Positions 1 to 17,028 of a stretch of DNA of 64,000 nt are shown here, one piece after another (the stretch's first letter is position 1; every line of letters starts with the position of its first letter). Position numbers and translations under genes: made by a program. This DNA comes from Octopus vulgaris (lineage: Eukaryota): NCBI GenBank assembly GCA_951406725.2, contig OX597815.1:62806001-62870000 (forward strand), given 5' to 3'. The notes below the pieces were generated by a model. It was given only the letters and a program-made list of their open reading frames with translations. It was not told where the DNA came from and did no database searches.

Positions 1-247
1 GAATGACGCCACCTCGCTGGCTCAGCGAGCAGGCCAACAGAAGGAAGAGTGGGAGAAAGAGTGGTGAAAGAGTACAGCAGGGATCACCACCTCGTGGAGC
101 CTCGTGGAGCCTCGTGGAGCCTCGTGGAGCCTCGTGGAACCTCGTGGAGCTTTTAGGTGTTTACGCTCAATAAACACTCACAACGCCCGGTCTGGGAATC
201 GAAACCGCGATCCTAAGACCGCGAGTCCGCTGCCCTAACCACTGGGC
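1..247 (-). mobile_element. tRNA-derived SINE (5' part, runs off the window start), with internal (CTCGTGGAGC)x6 at 91-150
   Basis: Minus strand reads GCCCAGTGGTTAGGGCAGCGG...GGTTTCGATTCCC, resembling Pol III A and B boxes. The body is homologous to 41905-41940. Confidence 0.75.
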
Positions 248-364
248 AGCTCCACACACATATATAAATATATATATATATTTATATATATATATATATT
301 TTTTTTTCAGAATGTGATAAAAATCCAAGGCTGTGAAAGATTTCAGAATATATATAAATAGAAG

Positions 365-411
365 ATCTTACAGCTGTTTCCGGGATATTTTATATATCCC
401 TTTTTCGGAGA
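365..411 (-). ncRNA. Degenerate type I hammerhead-like motif
   Basis: Minus: tct-CCGAAAA-A-GGGATAT..ATATCCC-G-GAAAC-AGCT-GTA-aga. Stems I and II and palindromic stem III are intact; the CUGANGA box is mutated. Confidence 0.5.
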
Positions 412-477
412 CAGTGTGAGAAAATGGTTAGCAATAGTTATTTTAGATACGATATGAAATAGAGAGTGAAGTATATA

Positions 478-638
478 TATGATGGGCTTCTTTCAGTTTC
501 TGTCTACCAAGTCTACTCACAAAGATTTGGTCGTCCCGAAGCCATAGTAGAAGACAGTTGCCCAGGGTGTCACTTAGTGGGATTGAACTCGGAACCATGT
601 GGGGGAATCAAACTTTTTACCACACAGCCACGCCTGCG
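478..638 (-). mobile_element. tRNA-derived SINE family A, 5' head
   Basis: Minus: GCGCAGGCGTGGCTGTGTGGTAA...GGTTCCGAGTTCAATCCC...GAAACTGAAAGAAGCCC. Multiple copies occur in the window. Confidence 0.8.
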
Positions 639-652
639 CTTGTGTATATATG

Positions 653-1228
653 CAAGGGTTGGACAAACTAATGGAAACACCAGTACTTATTTTGTTGTAT
701 TTTCTAATCGAGATTAGTTGTTTATAATTATTCAGGTTGCTTATGCGTAAAGCGTATTGTTTAAACCCAATTCTTATCTTTTTCAGATATCTATATCTAT
801 ATATAATAAAATATGTGGCCTTACTGGTTTTCAAAGACGGTAAATGTTGGAGCTCGGAAGGCTAAAACTACAGAATTTTCCCGTGTTTCGAAAGGTACTG
901 TCTCTTAGATTATGACAGCATTCAAATAACAAAGGAAATTGAGCTGTGAAATGTGTAATTCTGGTCTGACGTCGATATGTTCAGAAAGGGACCGGAAAGT
1001 GTTAAAACGTATTGTTTCCAAAAATCATAGAACTGCTACAATGGAAGTGACTGCAGAGTGAAACCAATACCTTGCAAACCCAGTCTTGACCAAAACTGCT
1101 CGTCGTGAGCTCAATAGTGCTCGATATCATGGGAGAGCTGCAATTGCAAAACCTCTCCTTTCTGCCATCAATATGGGAAAGCGATTAAAATGGTGTAAAA
1201 ATCGGCATAAGAGGCCAATAGATTAATG
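653..1228 (+). pseudogene. Tc1-family transposon remnant (left TIR plus N-terminal HTH of transposase)
   Basis: TIR-like CAAGGGTTGGACAAACTAATGGAAACACC. Translation VSKGTVS...SERDRKVLKRIVSKNHRTA...RRELNSARYHGRAAIAKPLLS..KRLKWCK, interrupted by stops. Confidence 0.75.
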
Positions 1229-1231
1229 AAG

Positions 1232-1773
1232 AATGTTTTCAACCATTTTTTGCCTTTGGGCCCCTTTTAATTGCTATTCTATTTTGGTAGATTTCTAAAA
1301 TTTTTTCTCATTTCCTATTTTGTTTTTCACACTATTTATGTGCAGTAGTAGCCAAAAGTTTGCAACATGTTTAAAAAAATTAAAATTGTTATACCCAAGT
1401 ACAATTTGATTCAAATATATACAACGTAGAAATTATACTTACCTAATAACTGATCCAATAGGTCGATGTCTTGAAGAAAAAATAGGCAAAATCAAAAATA
1501 TAGTTCTAGACCAAATTGCTTACTTTTAATATAACTTTGGGTATTTTATAATTAATAATTCTCTATTTCAAATGTATGTTACACATTTTTGACCACGACT
1601 TTTTGTAGAACAATGTAAAATGTTAGAGAAAGAAACTTAGATGTTTCTTGTAATAAATACATCTAAAGCAAAATATTTTCTTGGACCCTTAGAATACAAC
1701 TCTGGATCTCCAATTAACTATTTTGCTTTCATGGACCACCAGATGTTATATGGACCCCGGTTGAGAACCACTG
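1232..1773. mobile_element. Non-autonomous hAT-type MITE
   Basis: Right end GGTTGAGAACCACTG (reverse complement CAGTGGTTCTCAACC) followed by CTTTAGAC. Degraded left TIR AATGTTTTCAACC. It truncates the Tc1 remnant. Confidence 0.6.
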
Positions 1774-2539
1774 CTTTAGACTGTGATACGAAAACTTTAT
1801 ATGCTCTACTTTTTCGAGTGGACCAGATGTTGACTGGTATTCGGCCTTCTGTTGTGTATGCCATCACTAAATGGAGAGTTAATCGATTTGGTATCATCAG
1901 GTTATATATCAATTTGCTTGTCGAATATTTCCGGAGGCTATAGCGATATTACATTAAATAAGAAATAATACCACTTCAGGTTAACAGGGAAATAAGGAAC
2001 ACAAGAACTCGTATATGTGGTATTTTTCAACTAAATCTTTTTATTCTAAGAAGGCTGCCAAGTGTTCTTTAACCAAAGTCTATCAAGAAAAATCTCTGAG
2101 ACGATCCCGCCTTTCATGAAGGCAAGGTGCTTATATTCTGCTCTGAATATCAAATGTCTGACTCCTATTCAATGATTTGATTCCGTTGTTCTTCACAGAG
2201 AAAATTTTAAAAATTTTATGGGAATATAAACCAAAAATAAGACTTTAAAAAAACGATAGATTCACAAAACCCGATGTGTTTTAGCAACAGTCTATCAATG
2301 TCGAAAGACGAAACCATACAACTTCTCAAGCTCAGATCGAAAAACTAACAACAATCTTCTTAATGTCTCTTTATTCTCATAAATTTAAAAGAATTTACTG
2401 AGTGTTTTATCTCTTTTACAATATTCTCACCTGCTTAATAAGAATCCTTCAGTCATTTAGTTCTAAACAGAATCGGGTCTCTACCAATGGTAGCCTTTAC
2501 TTAATGAAATAGTTATCTGCGTGAAGAACGTGTGTTAAA

Positions 2540-2955
2540 TGTGAGTTAGTTGAGTATAAGCTACCAGTGAGTTGCATGTAAGCTAACATTTAGTGAGTGT
2601 AGGTTACCATTAGTTTAAGATTAGTATAACATTTGAGTATAATTAGTTTAAGATTAGCATAACAGTTGAGTATAGGCTACCAGTTAGTTGATTGTAGGTT
2701 AACATTTAGATGAGTGAAAGATAACCTTTGGTTGAATGTACGGTAACATTTAATTGAGTATAGGCTACCAGGTACTTGAGGGTAGACTAGAATTTATGAC
2801 TGGAATGTCAACTGCCATTTAGCTAGCATTCAGGCTACCATTTAATTGGGTGTAAGTTGTATATATCACTGACTGTAGGTAGCCTTTTAGTTGAGTGTAA
2901 GTTACTACATTGTTAAGTGTAGACGAACATTTATTTGAGAGTAGGTTAATGTTTT
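2540..2955. repeat. Degenerate ~22-bp minisatellite (TTAGTTGAGTRTAGGYTAMCAT-like)
   Basis: Recurrent TTAGTTGAGTATAGGCTACCAG / TTAGTGAGTGTAGGTTACCA variants in tandem. Confidence 0.65.
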
Positions 2956-3964
2956 CTTAACTGTTGGTCGATATTCTTAATGTGAAAATTTCTTTTTGAT
3001 CAACGAAGGGAAAATTAATTAGTGCTAATGATAATAAGAATTATGTTAGACATTGTTGTATCCTTAATGTTGTTTTGGAGTGGTTGTGGGTTAGGAGAAC
3101 CTAAAATGTCATTTGACCCAAAGCTAAATGAAGGCATGCAAGTAGTGAGACAAATAATAAAGTTGGGTGGGTGCCTGCCTTTTTAAGCTGCCTCAACAAA
3201 GACAGCGCACAGCTAACAGGACCACATAATGGACAAATCAACATAGCAACATTTGATCTGGATTCTATGTTTAGACGAGAATTAGAACTCTCGAAATAAG
3301 AATAAACTAAAAACAAATTCCTAATGTGAATCATAAGCTTTGAAATTGTTGAATAAACTTCAGATAGCGAATGGAATTTACAAGTTCAGATGTAAATATC
3401 CAAGTTAAAAATTACAGAGGACACATATATGCAACACTTTACTGTCGACTTACTATGTAGCCACAAAAAGAAATGTTCGCAGCATACTTTTTTATTCGAT
3501 CCTACAAAATGTTTTGTAAAATATTCGTTGATAACAAATTCTAGAATATAAGATATTTATAAAACTTGATTAATCACAAAAGTTATATCAATAGTTATCG
3601 AAAGTTTCGATTAGACCTCTGATCGTATGTGACCAGGAGGTCGAAATTCTAATGTTGATGTACGGTGCATGAACTTAGACAGAGTGAAAGAAATGTACAA
3701 ACGAATATTTATACACCCTGTTTGTGATTTTTTTCAAGACAAGGTACGATTGCAAGCTTTCACTAAGTTAGCAGGAGTCATCAAGAAGAGATCAATATAT
3801 ACGTACTTGAAAAAAAAAATTTTAGATACATTGATAGCATTGTACCAAAACAGATCTTTTGTGGAATACGAGATAGTCTAAAATACTGGTAGGACGAATA
3901 AAAAGAAAATCGTCTAACCGAAATTAATGTTATTTCGGGAAGCACTCTTTAGTTTCAGGGAGGC

Positions 3965-4022
<58 letters not shown>

Positions 4023-4029
4023 GTGTATG

Positions 4030-4060
<31 letters not shown>

Positions 4061-4197
4061 ATATGTGTGTGTGTGTTGGATGTTTTTTAAACTCGTGTTT
4101 ATAAACGGAAATGCTTTTATACGGAACATGAATACACTAACACCGGTTGACAAGTAGTGATGAAGGACAATCACAAATAAAGAAACTCACACACAGA

Positions 4198-4235
<38 letters not shown>

Positions 4236-4806
4236 AAAGCAAAAGAACTAGTTGTAAAATCTCAAGAAAAGATAGAGTACCGGGGTAGTAGACTCTGGCA
4301 TACAGATGCTCAGTACTGAGGACGAGCCAAATAGCTCGAAACTGAGTCAGTATCACGATCCTGATAACTGTTACAGGGTGGTAAAGGTTCGCTACCCCTG
4401 CGAACAATATGTTGTATACAAAGGGTGCAGAGTGTCGCACCAATAACCAGCTGGGAGAGAATCTTCCTGGGGTTAAACGAGTAGTGACATTCAACAGCCA
4501 CTTTGATGTGGAGACTGGCTCTACTGTTTAGCATAATTACTACTCTATCTCTTCGTGAGATTTTACAAGTAGCTGTTTTGCAGGTTTCTTTCAGTTTCCT
4601 TCTACTAAATCCACACACAAATATTTGGTCGCCCCGATACTATAGTAAGAAGACACTTGCCCAAAATGCCACACAGCGGAACTGAACCTACAGGTATTAG
4701 GTTATTAGGTTGGGATGAAAACTTCTTACCATATACCCACACTTACGAATATATACATACATATATACACACATATATTACATATACATATACACACACA
4801 CACACA

Positions 4807-6957
<2,151 letters not shown>

Positions 6958-7840
6958 AATGAAAAATGTATGGTAAATAAACAAACTACATAACGTATAC
7001 TGAGTGTACAACCGGACGGGAGACAGACACAAAAGGTCCTCAATTCTTCATCAGTTAACAACCATTTGGTAATACTCAGTTTCGTTCCATTAATGATAAA
7101 ACTAAGGGTTTCACATATTGGCAGTGTCCGCAAAAATTTTTTCTGGGGGGGGGGGGAGAATTCAGGGACGAGAGCAAACAAATCAAAGCAAAACAACACA
7201 GAATGTGATTTAGGACGGTGGACAAGGAAAAACAGACAAGCAAAATACGGCCTTAGGGCAAAAATGTGTGTGAGTGTGTGTGAGTGTGCATCTGTGTCTG
7301 TGTGCGTGTGTATATTATATATATATATAAGATACATACGTTTAAATACACACATACATGCACATATATACACATACATATATGTGTGTCTCTTTTTATA
7401 TATGTGTATGTATACGTGTATGTATACAGAAAGAGGAGGTGAAAAGGAGAGAAAAGAGGGATGAAAGCGAGCGAAAGAGAAAGAGAGAGAGAGAGAGGGG
7501 AGAGACATTATATACCGTTTGAATGATTTCGGAATGTTCATAAAATACCGACTCTATTGCTGAAATAGATTTATCCCACCATTATTTTACAATCTTTCTA
7601 CCCCTACACCTTCCCTTTCACTGCCAAATACTTCTACTTTCCCATCACCAAAGATTTATATTTAATTTTCCTTTATTTTTCAATGTGTGTTGTTATTGTC
7701 GAGTAAGTCAATCTTACACCCCACCCTCTCATATACACACATACACGCACAGCGACATACACACATCCACGTATATGCTGCATACATAAATTTACATATA
7801 TATATATATATATATGTGTGTGTGTATGTGTGTGTGTGTA

Positions 7841-7879
<39 letters not shown>

Positions 7880-8166
7880 GTGTGCGTGTGTGCGTGTTTG
7901 ACGAAATCTGTAGATATACATTCGTGTGCAACCTAAACAACACTAAAAAAAACACGTCTGCAAGAATACGTATTGAGAATATTGAAGAGAAAATGATGTA
8001 TATTGAATGTATATTGTATGTGCATGCGTATAAACGCACACATACACACATACATATACATGCATACAAAGATACATACACACATACATACACCTCATAT
8101 GTTGATTGCATATATAAATATGTATACATATGTGTGTATACATCTACATGTGGATATGTGTATTCT

Positions 8167-8201
<35 letters not shown>

Positions 8202-8294
8202 TTATATAAAATATCTCTATATATCTCATATAGACATATATATACATAAATACATATATACATACACACATACATACATACATACATACATACA

Positions 8295-8366
<72 letters not shown>

Positions 8367-8736
8367 TGTACAGTGTAGTTGATAGTGTGTTTACGTATTC
8401 GTATTCTTCTAGTTCACTATTTTATATCCCATCTTTCGCTTTGTCTTCGTTTAAAATCAGATTAAAGACGCGATCATATCACCGGAAAAAGAGGGCCTTC
8501 TGGGAAATTGCAGCATCGATCCGTTTTAAGTCCTTTTTCGGAAATCAGCTTTTGTCTGGTAAACAATCTCAATGTCCGTAGAATATTAGAGCGGGTAATA
8601 TGCTACTTTAAAATCGCAGAGAAGATTTTAAAATTCTATAAAATCTGAATATATGGAATGAAAGCAAAAAAACAAAACAAAAAAACAAACAAACAAATGA
8701 CAAAATGCAGGAAAACAACCATAACGTGTGTCGTGC

Positions 8737-8780
<44 letters not shown>

Positions 8781-10809
8781 TTATACATACATACACACAT
8801 ATATACACGCATATATATATATATTTATGTGTGTGTGTGTGTGTTTGTGCATGCGTGTATGTGTATGTATATGAGTGTGTGGATCTAGGTATGGCGGTTG
8901 TGTGTGCATGTATATACATGTACGTATGTGCATATATATATATATGTATTGGTGTATGTATAGTGTATATGTGTGTGTATATATGCACATATCCTTAAAT
9001 ATTTCAAGGAAGCTCTATCTTACATATATATCTACACATATATATATACATAATACTTACACATAGACGTGCTTTCTTTACTGGAAGAGTATGTATGATA
9101 GTTCATATACACAACTACACCTACAGAAAGTAGACGCACGTTAAACCCTTCATAAGCACGCCCCCCCCCCCCCACACACACATATACACACACATACACA
9201 CACATACATACACACACGTACGCATACTTAGACACATTATTGGAATAAAAAAAATTGGAAAAGAAAAATTTATGTAGAAAATGTAACAAAGAGAATAAAA
9301 TAGCAAAATAGACAGGGAAAAAAATCTCTAAGAAAGAACGGTGAAAAGCAAGAAAATAACTGGAAAGCGAACAAGCGAAAAGGAAGGAAAGAAAGAGAAA
9401 AGGGGAAGAAAGAAAAAAGAACGAAAGAAAGAAAGAAAAGAAGAAAAGAAAGGGAGAAAAGAAAGAAAAAAGGAAACAAGAAGGAAAGTGAGAGGGAAAA
9501 GAAATCTAGAAGGAAGTAGAAATCTATGAAAAGGCGAATAAATGTAAACCAAAATACAAAATGCTACAGAAAAGACGTTAGAATTCTTGTGAAATTTCCA
9601 ACCGTTTCCGAACGGCAGCAGACATCGGTTCATTGTCTACAACTTGCTATTCTCTTCCACTCTTTCTATTGTGAATAAATACACACACACACACACACAC
9701 ACTCACACACGCGCGCGCGCGCACACACACACATGTATGTATGCATGTATATATGTGTGTATATATAAATGTATATATATGTATGATTTATGTATACACA
9801 TTCGTCTCTATTTATATATATGTATGTATACACACTCGCACATGCATATATACTGTTTCTTTCTTTTCTTCCTCCATTTCTTTCCGCTTTTCTTTCTCGT
9901 TTTTTCTTTTTCATTCCGACTTTTCATTCATTTTCACTTTTCTTTATGCTTTTCATTCATTCTTTCTTTCGTTTTTCGTTTTTGCATTTTTCCATCTACT
10001 TTTTTTTTATCAATTTGAATGCAATTTTTTCTTTTGATTTTGAGGGGCGGGGGAAGTGGATCGTTTCCTTTGGATACCGAGTGGGGAGAGACGGCGGGAT
10101 TTTTCTATTTTCTTTTTGTGTTTACTTGATTTATTTTCACTTCATGCGTTTATTTTACTATTTTTGTTTTGTTTTGTTAATTTTTACTGGATTCTTTCAG
10201 CTTTCTTTGAAATCAAGGAAATGCTGATGCTCGATTAGAAACGAATCTACAAACACACACACACACGATCACATACTCACACACACACACACGATCACAT
10301 ACTCACACACACACACACGATCACATACTCACACACACACATACGATCACATACTCTCTCACACACACACACACACACACGAACACATACATACACATAC
10401 ACAGACATATTACATGGATGTATGGATGACTAGTTGTATTTACATTCTTACGCACGCGCAAACATACCCAATATATACAGGGACATGAAAAGAATAAAAA
10501 CGAGCTATTAATATTCACACACCTATATTATGTATATGTGTGGTATATATGTGTGTGTATGTGAGTGTGTGTGTGAGAGTGTGTGTGTGTATGTATGTAT
10601 GTATGTACGTATACACACACATATATACATATATATATATGTACAAGTACATATATACGCTTACACACACACACGCGTATGTGTAGATGTATATACAAAC
10701 GTACATACTAAGATGTGTGTGTGTATGTATGTGTATATACATGTGTGTGTGTGTATATATATACGTGTGTGTGTATATATGTATATACATATATATATGT
10801 GTACGTATT

Positions 10810-10849
<40 letters not shown>

Positions 10850-10865
10850 CACCTACATAAATATA

Positions 10866-10907
<42 letters not shown>

Positions 10908-10961
10908 CCTACATAACTATATGTATGTCTCTCTCTCTCTCTCCCTGTATGTGTGTGTGTA

Positions 10962-11320
10962 TCTACGGCCATGCTAGAACACTGGCATGCTTGTCAGTTC
11001 CCTTAATTTCCCTCCCAGAGACTTTCCTCCATTTTTGGATCTGGTAAATCACAAGTGTAGACAACACCTCACTTCTTTGTGTTCAACCGCGGCTTCATCT
11101 GCTACCTCATAGACATTTGTTTAAGTGCTTTTTGAATACCTTCACGTCAACTTCTCGTAGATCTCCGAGAATTTTGGAGCAAGACATTGAAAATCTCTGA
11201 GTCTTTGAAGCCTAAGCTGCTGCAGTGCTAAGAGGGGACAGCTTTGATACTATGCTGTAGTTCCAAGTTTGAATGGATTGGTATTACTCTCCCTTCCAAG
11301 GTTTGTCGCAAGACTCTCCA
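10962..11320 (-). mobile_element. CR1-like LINE 3' remnant
   Basis: Minus translation CSSLGFKDSEIFNVL...EVDVKVFKKHL aligns with the C-terminus of ORF 43791-44465. Tail CAGTGTTCTAGCATGGCCGTAG. Confidence 0.65.
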
Positions 11321-11891
11321 TGATCGATCATATGCGTGCCTCTGTGTGTGTGTGTGTATACACAAACATACATAGATACACACATACATATATTCATACA
11401 CATGTACATATGTACATACACATTCACACACGCACACACATACATATATAAATGCATGTCTCTTGTATAAAATCCTTTCTGTGTGTGTGTCTTCTCGGAA
11501 CTCGGGCATCCTCCACCCGAATGCGCTCAAATTTGATATATTGATATCGATGGTATCAGGGCGTGTATAAGTCTTGAAAAAATTACAAAAATCGATTCCA
11601 GGTGAGAATGCGATCGATAAAGCCGTTTTTGCCCTGCTTTTCTTCCGTCAACCTGCACATAGCTGCACCTTCCATTATTTGTTGTTTTTGTACTGCTTAA
11701 AGGCACGTTTCTTTCTTGCCAAGCTTACTGTTTAAACCACGTTTGTGTTCTCCCAGTCAACAGTCTTATCATTACTGGTACTTTAAACTCTTCGGTTGCA
11801 TATGTGTGTGAATAAAATCGTTCTTCTTTGGAATAGAAAAAAGGTCTATCTTTATTTCTTCTTTTGTTAGTATCTCACATTTAGATCAAAT

Positions 11892-12052
11892 CAGTGTTTC
11901 TCAAAGGGGAGGCCTATGGGACGGTTGGACAAGTTGTTTTCAGAAAATCTGATTTAAATGTTTGACAACTCAGCACCGTTTATTGGACGGGGGCGTTTTG
12001 CTTCGTATTTCATATTTTGGGTCTTACGTCTATTCGGATCTTCAGTAGTTAT

Positions 12053-12097
<45 letters not shown>

Positions 12098-12154
12098 CAC
12101 ATATATATATATATATATCCATCCAAATGAGGGGTAATTTACTGTGTGTGTGTG

Positions 12155-12189
<35 letters not shown>

Positions 12190-12322
12190 GTGGTGACATA
12201 GTAGCCTGAGAAGGTAATGCGTGTTTAAAATTGTCTTAAATAACTGAGTCTGTGAAGAGTGAAGTTTGGAAGAGAGAAAATGAGTTTGTTCGCGTTGGAT
12301 GCGAATGCCTGGGGAACCACTG
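11892..12322. mobile_element. Possible hAT-type MITE
   Basis: CAGTGTTTCTCAAAGG ... CCTGGGGAACCACTG imperfect TIRs. No clear 8-bp TSD. Confidence 0.4.
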
Positions 12323-12959
12323 ACTAGAGTTATACAGTAGGGTGATCTGCTGAACAGAAATGGTGTGTTGTGGAGAATCCTTACCCAGGCAAATAGATAA
12401 GTTCGGACCTTTAAATTAGAGAATCAGACTCTACTATATTCCTCGCTCCAAATTCTCATCACAAACGTTGAGTCGTCCCGTGGCTGTGGTGAAAGATACA
12501 TTTTCTAAAATGTCAGCCGTATTTGATCCTGGAATATCTGATTGTGAAACACTCAACCGTGTTATATGTGTGTATGTGTATATATATGTGTGTTCATGTA
12601 CATACATACATACATACATACGCACATATATATATGCTTATATATGTATATGTGTACATATATGTGTATAAATACATACGTACATTAATATGTTTGTTTA
12701 TATGTATGCCACAATTTCTTCTGTAATCATGGGTTACTGTAAACACCACTACGCTTCACTTTTTTCTTTTAACTTTTACGTTAAGGATTTGATTTTTTCA
12801 TATTTCCGTATTTGCTCTTCACGCTTTGTTTGTAACAATACATTTCCTATATTGATCGCTATATCAAAAATCTTCCTGCACTTATCGTCTGGTTTTAGCG
12901 TAGCTATTTAATATTATTTTTGGTATCGGTGAGGGTGAAGGAAACCCCAGCATGTTGAT

Positions 12960-13300
12960 TTTTCCCGAACTATCAACGAACACTAAATATACTGGTCGTT
13001 GGCGTCAGGTTTGTTTCAGTTACCAGGAAATGGTTTGGACTTGGTATCTGCTCTTATCTATTTCTCTATAATGCACTCACTGTGTGTTCAGCTATTAATA
13101 TGGCTTCCTTGACTAATCTAGTTTTATGAATATTTCATATAAGATAATTTTGTTATCAACCCAAAGTTTTCTAATAATTTTGTTTAGTAATGTGTAACAT
13201 AATTGTTGTGAAGCCCTGTTTTTGTAGATGTAAGGTTTTTGGAGTAAGTTCTATGGTTTGAGCAATCGTTAGAGTCAGCATTAAATTAAAATTAGTATTC
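12960..13300 (-). mobile_element. Old PLE 3' remnant with decayed hammerhead
   Basis: Minus: KTRLVKEAILI (GIY-YIG C-terminal R..KEA..I motif), followed by cCTGACGC-CAACGA...TCGTTG-ATAGTTC-ggg. Confidence 0.35.
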
Positions 13301-15076
13301 ATTTGAATCTTAATCAGAGACTTGTGATTCAATGTTTATATGGTGGTTCATATTTTCCTTTTAATGAGGTGAATTATTGTCGAGATGATACAAAAGGTAG
13401 GTGAGAATTTGCTATATGAATCTTTAGTAGAAGAGACATGGGTCTTTAGACGTTAAGTTTTTTTTTATGGCAGGAAAATCCCACGGGAGTATTGTTAAAG
13501 TAAAACATTCACTAAAAACATAAAAACAAATAATTTGAGAAAAAAAAAACAATCTAGGAGACGCTTTTAATCTAAATATCCTGTCACAAAGCTAATCATG
13601 TAATTCCTAACTTGTCTAGTTTTGTAAAAAATACGACTGCTGTAGATATCAGGAAATGTTTATTATAACTGATCTGTACTACAAAGAATTACACGCAACT
13701 AGAATCTTTACGATTGTCTCATGAGCTATGATTCACCGTCACTGAAAGCTTCTCCTTCCTGACAAGCATCTTCGGAATACAAAAGGCTGCATCAAGACCA
13801 ATGCATAAGCTCAGGCGACCAAGACTCGCTGATATTTCCTCCTCTTATGTATTATAGTGTTTATCACTCCCTGGCCTTGCATTATTTATGACATTCAACC
13901 ACTCCTTTCTAGAACATCGATTCTTCGGAATTCTATCCTTGCGTATGTCACTCTTACAATCGTCACCAAGAAATTGTTCAAGAGAAACGCTAAGGACTTT
14001 GACTTCCTCGGCTTTGGTGTTTCTATAAAAGCTATGGCTGTAGTTTCTTCTGCAGGAGAAATCAGTAAAAAAGTCCATTCTGGCTTTTTAGATCTTGATA
14101 GAGCACTGGCTTACCATTGTCTTTTCAAAAACTGCTTCCTGTCCATATTTCTATGAACTTAAATTTTCATTGGGAAGAATAAGAAAAACAAAGCATGATA
14201 AGATTTGTTACTGAAGTCACCCCCCACTTCTCTCGACTGCAGACCCTTTCCTCTTATTTAAAAAAAATAGTTTAGATAAATTGTACAGCTATTTCCTATT
14301 ACCCATACACGTAAATGTACATTATCTATCTCATATCGCCGTACTAGCCCTCTTTCTAGCTCTGCCACCATTTCTATAATCTGCTCTCAATATTGTCATT
14401 AGTCCTTTTAAATTCTATCTAGAAACTTTACTTTGTTCCACTTTCAACTAATATATTAATATCTATTACTATAGTCTTAGAATTTTGGCACTTAGCTTGC
14501 TCACAAATAACGGTAAGTTCATGGATTGAAGCATTTTATTTCTTTATGATCTGAATTTTAAAATTTCCTGTTTTTCATCTTGTAAACTCTGTATCTTCTA
14601 CCAATTATATACAAATTTAGACAACTTCACTTTGACGTAAACTCATTAATGTTATACATATAATTGGCCCTGAAGATTTAATGGTAAGATATAAATATTT
14701 AAATGAATGTACTGATAACGGAAGAATGTTTCATTTTCAATTTAATTTTTATTTATTTCTAAAATTTAGTATTAATTACCCCTGAAAAAAGAAAAAGAAA
14801 ACAGCCTTATTGCCCTGGTGGGGAGTGTCATATTTCGCTACATTCAACAAATTATATATATATATAAAAGAGGCAGGCAACAGGTTGCTTAGCCACATAC
14901 CGAAAGATTAGAAACAGCAGTCAAAGACTGTTTATTTTTATAAATGAGACTCCACATGTGACATATTCCTGTAATTCACCGTTCCTACCGTTAATGGTTA
15001 TATTTACATGCTGAAATCTACCCGTAAATAATTGTTGGTTTTTTTAGAAACCATTAAAGATATTATTTACTCTTAT

Positions 15077-15148
<72 letters not shown>

Positions 15149-15289
15149 ATGTATGTATGTATGTATGTATGTACGTATGTATGTATGTATGTATGTATAT
15201 ATATATATATATATATATATGCATGTATGTATATATATATGCACATACAAAATTACATACATACTATATCCCCCACATCATAAGAAGTT

Positions 15290-16018
15290 GTCCGAAAATG
15301 TCATCATAGTATTACATACTGATGAAATATGATGTTGTAGCTAGAAGATTCTATAAGGAAATCCGTCTGAAAGATAACCCCTAGGACGAAGAAATAAGAA
15401 GCCACAGTATGGTGAAAGCCATAGCCACTCATAATAAAAAGGAGTACTGGTGGAATGTCCCAGTGAAAACCTCAGTAAAATGTAAGCACAACAGATCTGA
15501 TATAATGATTTGGGATAGAGAAGAGAAACTGTGTACAGCTGTGGAAATTAGCTGCCCTGCGAGTGTTAAGATGAAGCTGAAGATCAAGGAAAAAGAGAAT
15601 ACTTGCAGTTACTCTATCCAGATTACAAGTTCAAGTTTATACCTGTAATTATTGGGGCCCTGGGATAAGTAACACACTGCCTAAATACCAATCTTGAGAA
15701 ATTAGGTGTCTCAAAACCAGAAAGGAGAAAGCTAATTCGAAGACTATAGATCCAATTCATCATTGGAACTGTAAAATCTGCAAAACTTGCCAGGCGTTTA
15801 TCATTTAAATATATGAGCATGTCTAGATAAACACAAAGCAAAATATGCAAATCTTCACACATACATACATACATGCATACATACATACGTGTATACATAC
15901 ATACATACATACAAACATACCCTGTTGTTGATGTTGAAATTCCAATGAAAACCTTGAATATCGGTTAGAAAGCGGCTCTTTCTCTATTGGCAAGAAATAT
16001 TGAAATAAACTGAATGAT
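15290..16018 (+). mobile_element. RLE-type (R4-like) non-LTR retrotransposon 3' remnant
   Basis: YWWNVPVKT..KHNRSDIMIWDRE.KLCTAVEISCP and PVIIGALG match the restriction-like endonuclease PD..D/E..K region. Confidence 0.65.
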
Positions 16019-16539
16019 GATATAATACATACATACATACATACATGCATACATGATGGCTGCTCCCTCGTTATCGAGTTTGGCCATTGCACGAGGCTTA
16101 ACTGTTAACGGTGCTGTGATCGAACGTGACTTTTTAGCCCAGCTAAAGATCTACAATGTTTTGTACAGAATTGGCAGCTAAAACTTTTACCGTCAATAGC
16201 CGGCTGTAGTTGTAACTGGGCTTCATGGTCGGCCCGTGGCTATATTAGAAGACACTTGCCCAAGGTGCCACGCAGAGGGAATGGACCCGAAACCATGTGG
16301 TTGTTAAGCTAGCTACTTACCTCAGAGCCACGCTTGCGCCTATATATATTTCCATGTATTTGTTTCTTCATGTCCTCGTTATTCATGTTCACGCTTTTTT
16401 GTAGTTCTTTACTCATGTATGCACGGGTATATACATATATGTGTAGGTATGTATGTGTATTTATGTATAATTCTTCTCCTCCCCTTCACCATTCTCTATG
16501 TCTCCCTCTCCTTCCCTCACTCTTCCTCCTTGACTCTCT

Positions 16540-17028
16540 CATTGCTCACACGTGACCAGCGACTATCTTTCTTTCTCCCCCTTGCGCTACAAGAGACAAC
16601 ACACATTTTTGCCAGTCTCCTGTCAAAGCTTGTTTCTTCAGCGTTCACCACTTCACCTCGTTATGGTTTGACAGATCTTAAAGTTTGTTTTTACTGTCCT
16701 GTTTTTGTTAAGACTTTAACCTTCCGCAAATCCCAAATTTTATTTAATTTGCTTTGCAAGAACGACTGTTTAGACGAAGAGGCATCTTGTCCTAAACGTT
16801 CGAAATGCGGAGTAGATAAAACAGGGAACAACTAATTAAGGGATTGTTCTTTATGTTGCCTGTCTCGTTTCTCATTTTGTTTGTTTCGTTGTTCGAAAAA
16901 AGTTCGTTTTCCATGTTTTTGGTTTTTCATGTTCTCGTTTTTCACGTTGTTCATGTTTCTTGACGTCCTGTACCCATATATGCATGTCTATATACATATG
17001 TATGTAGGCATGTACATGTATGTATATA

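Noticed and set aside
91-150. 10-bp tandem array, and the 26-bp array at 10253-10372, as CRISPR-like
   Set aside because: No spacers, no cas genes and a eukaryotic context; these are simple slippage repeats.
181-247. tRNA gene candidates (also at SINE heads elsewhere)
   Set aside because: Acceptor stems are incomplete and the sequences continue into SINE bodies.
14905-14928. GAAACAGCAGTCAAAG as a hammerhead half
   Set aside because: No CUGANGA partner. It resembles the CTAGAAATAGCAGC repeat seen at 27180-27920.
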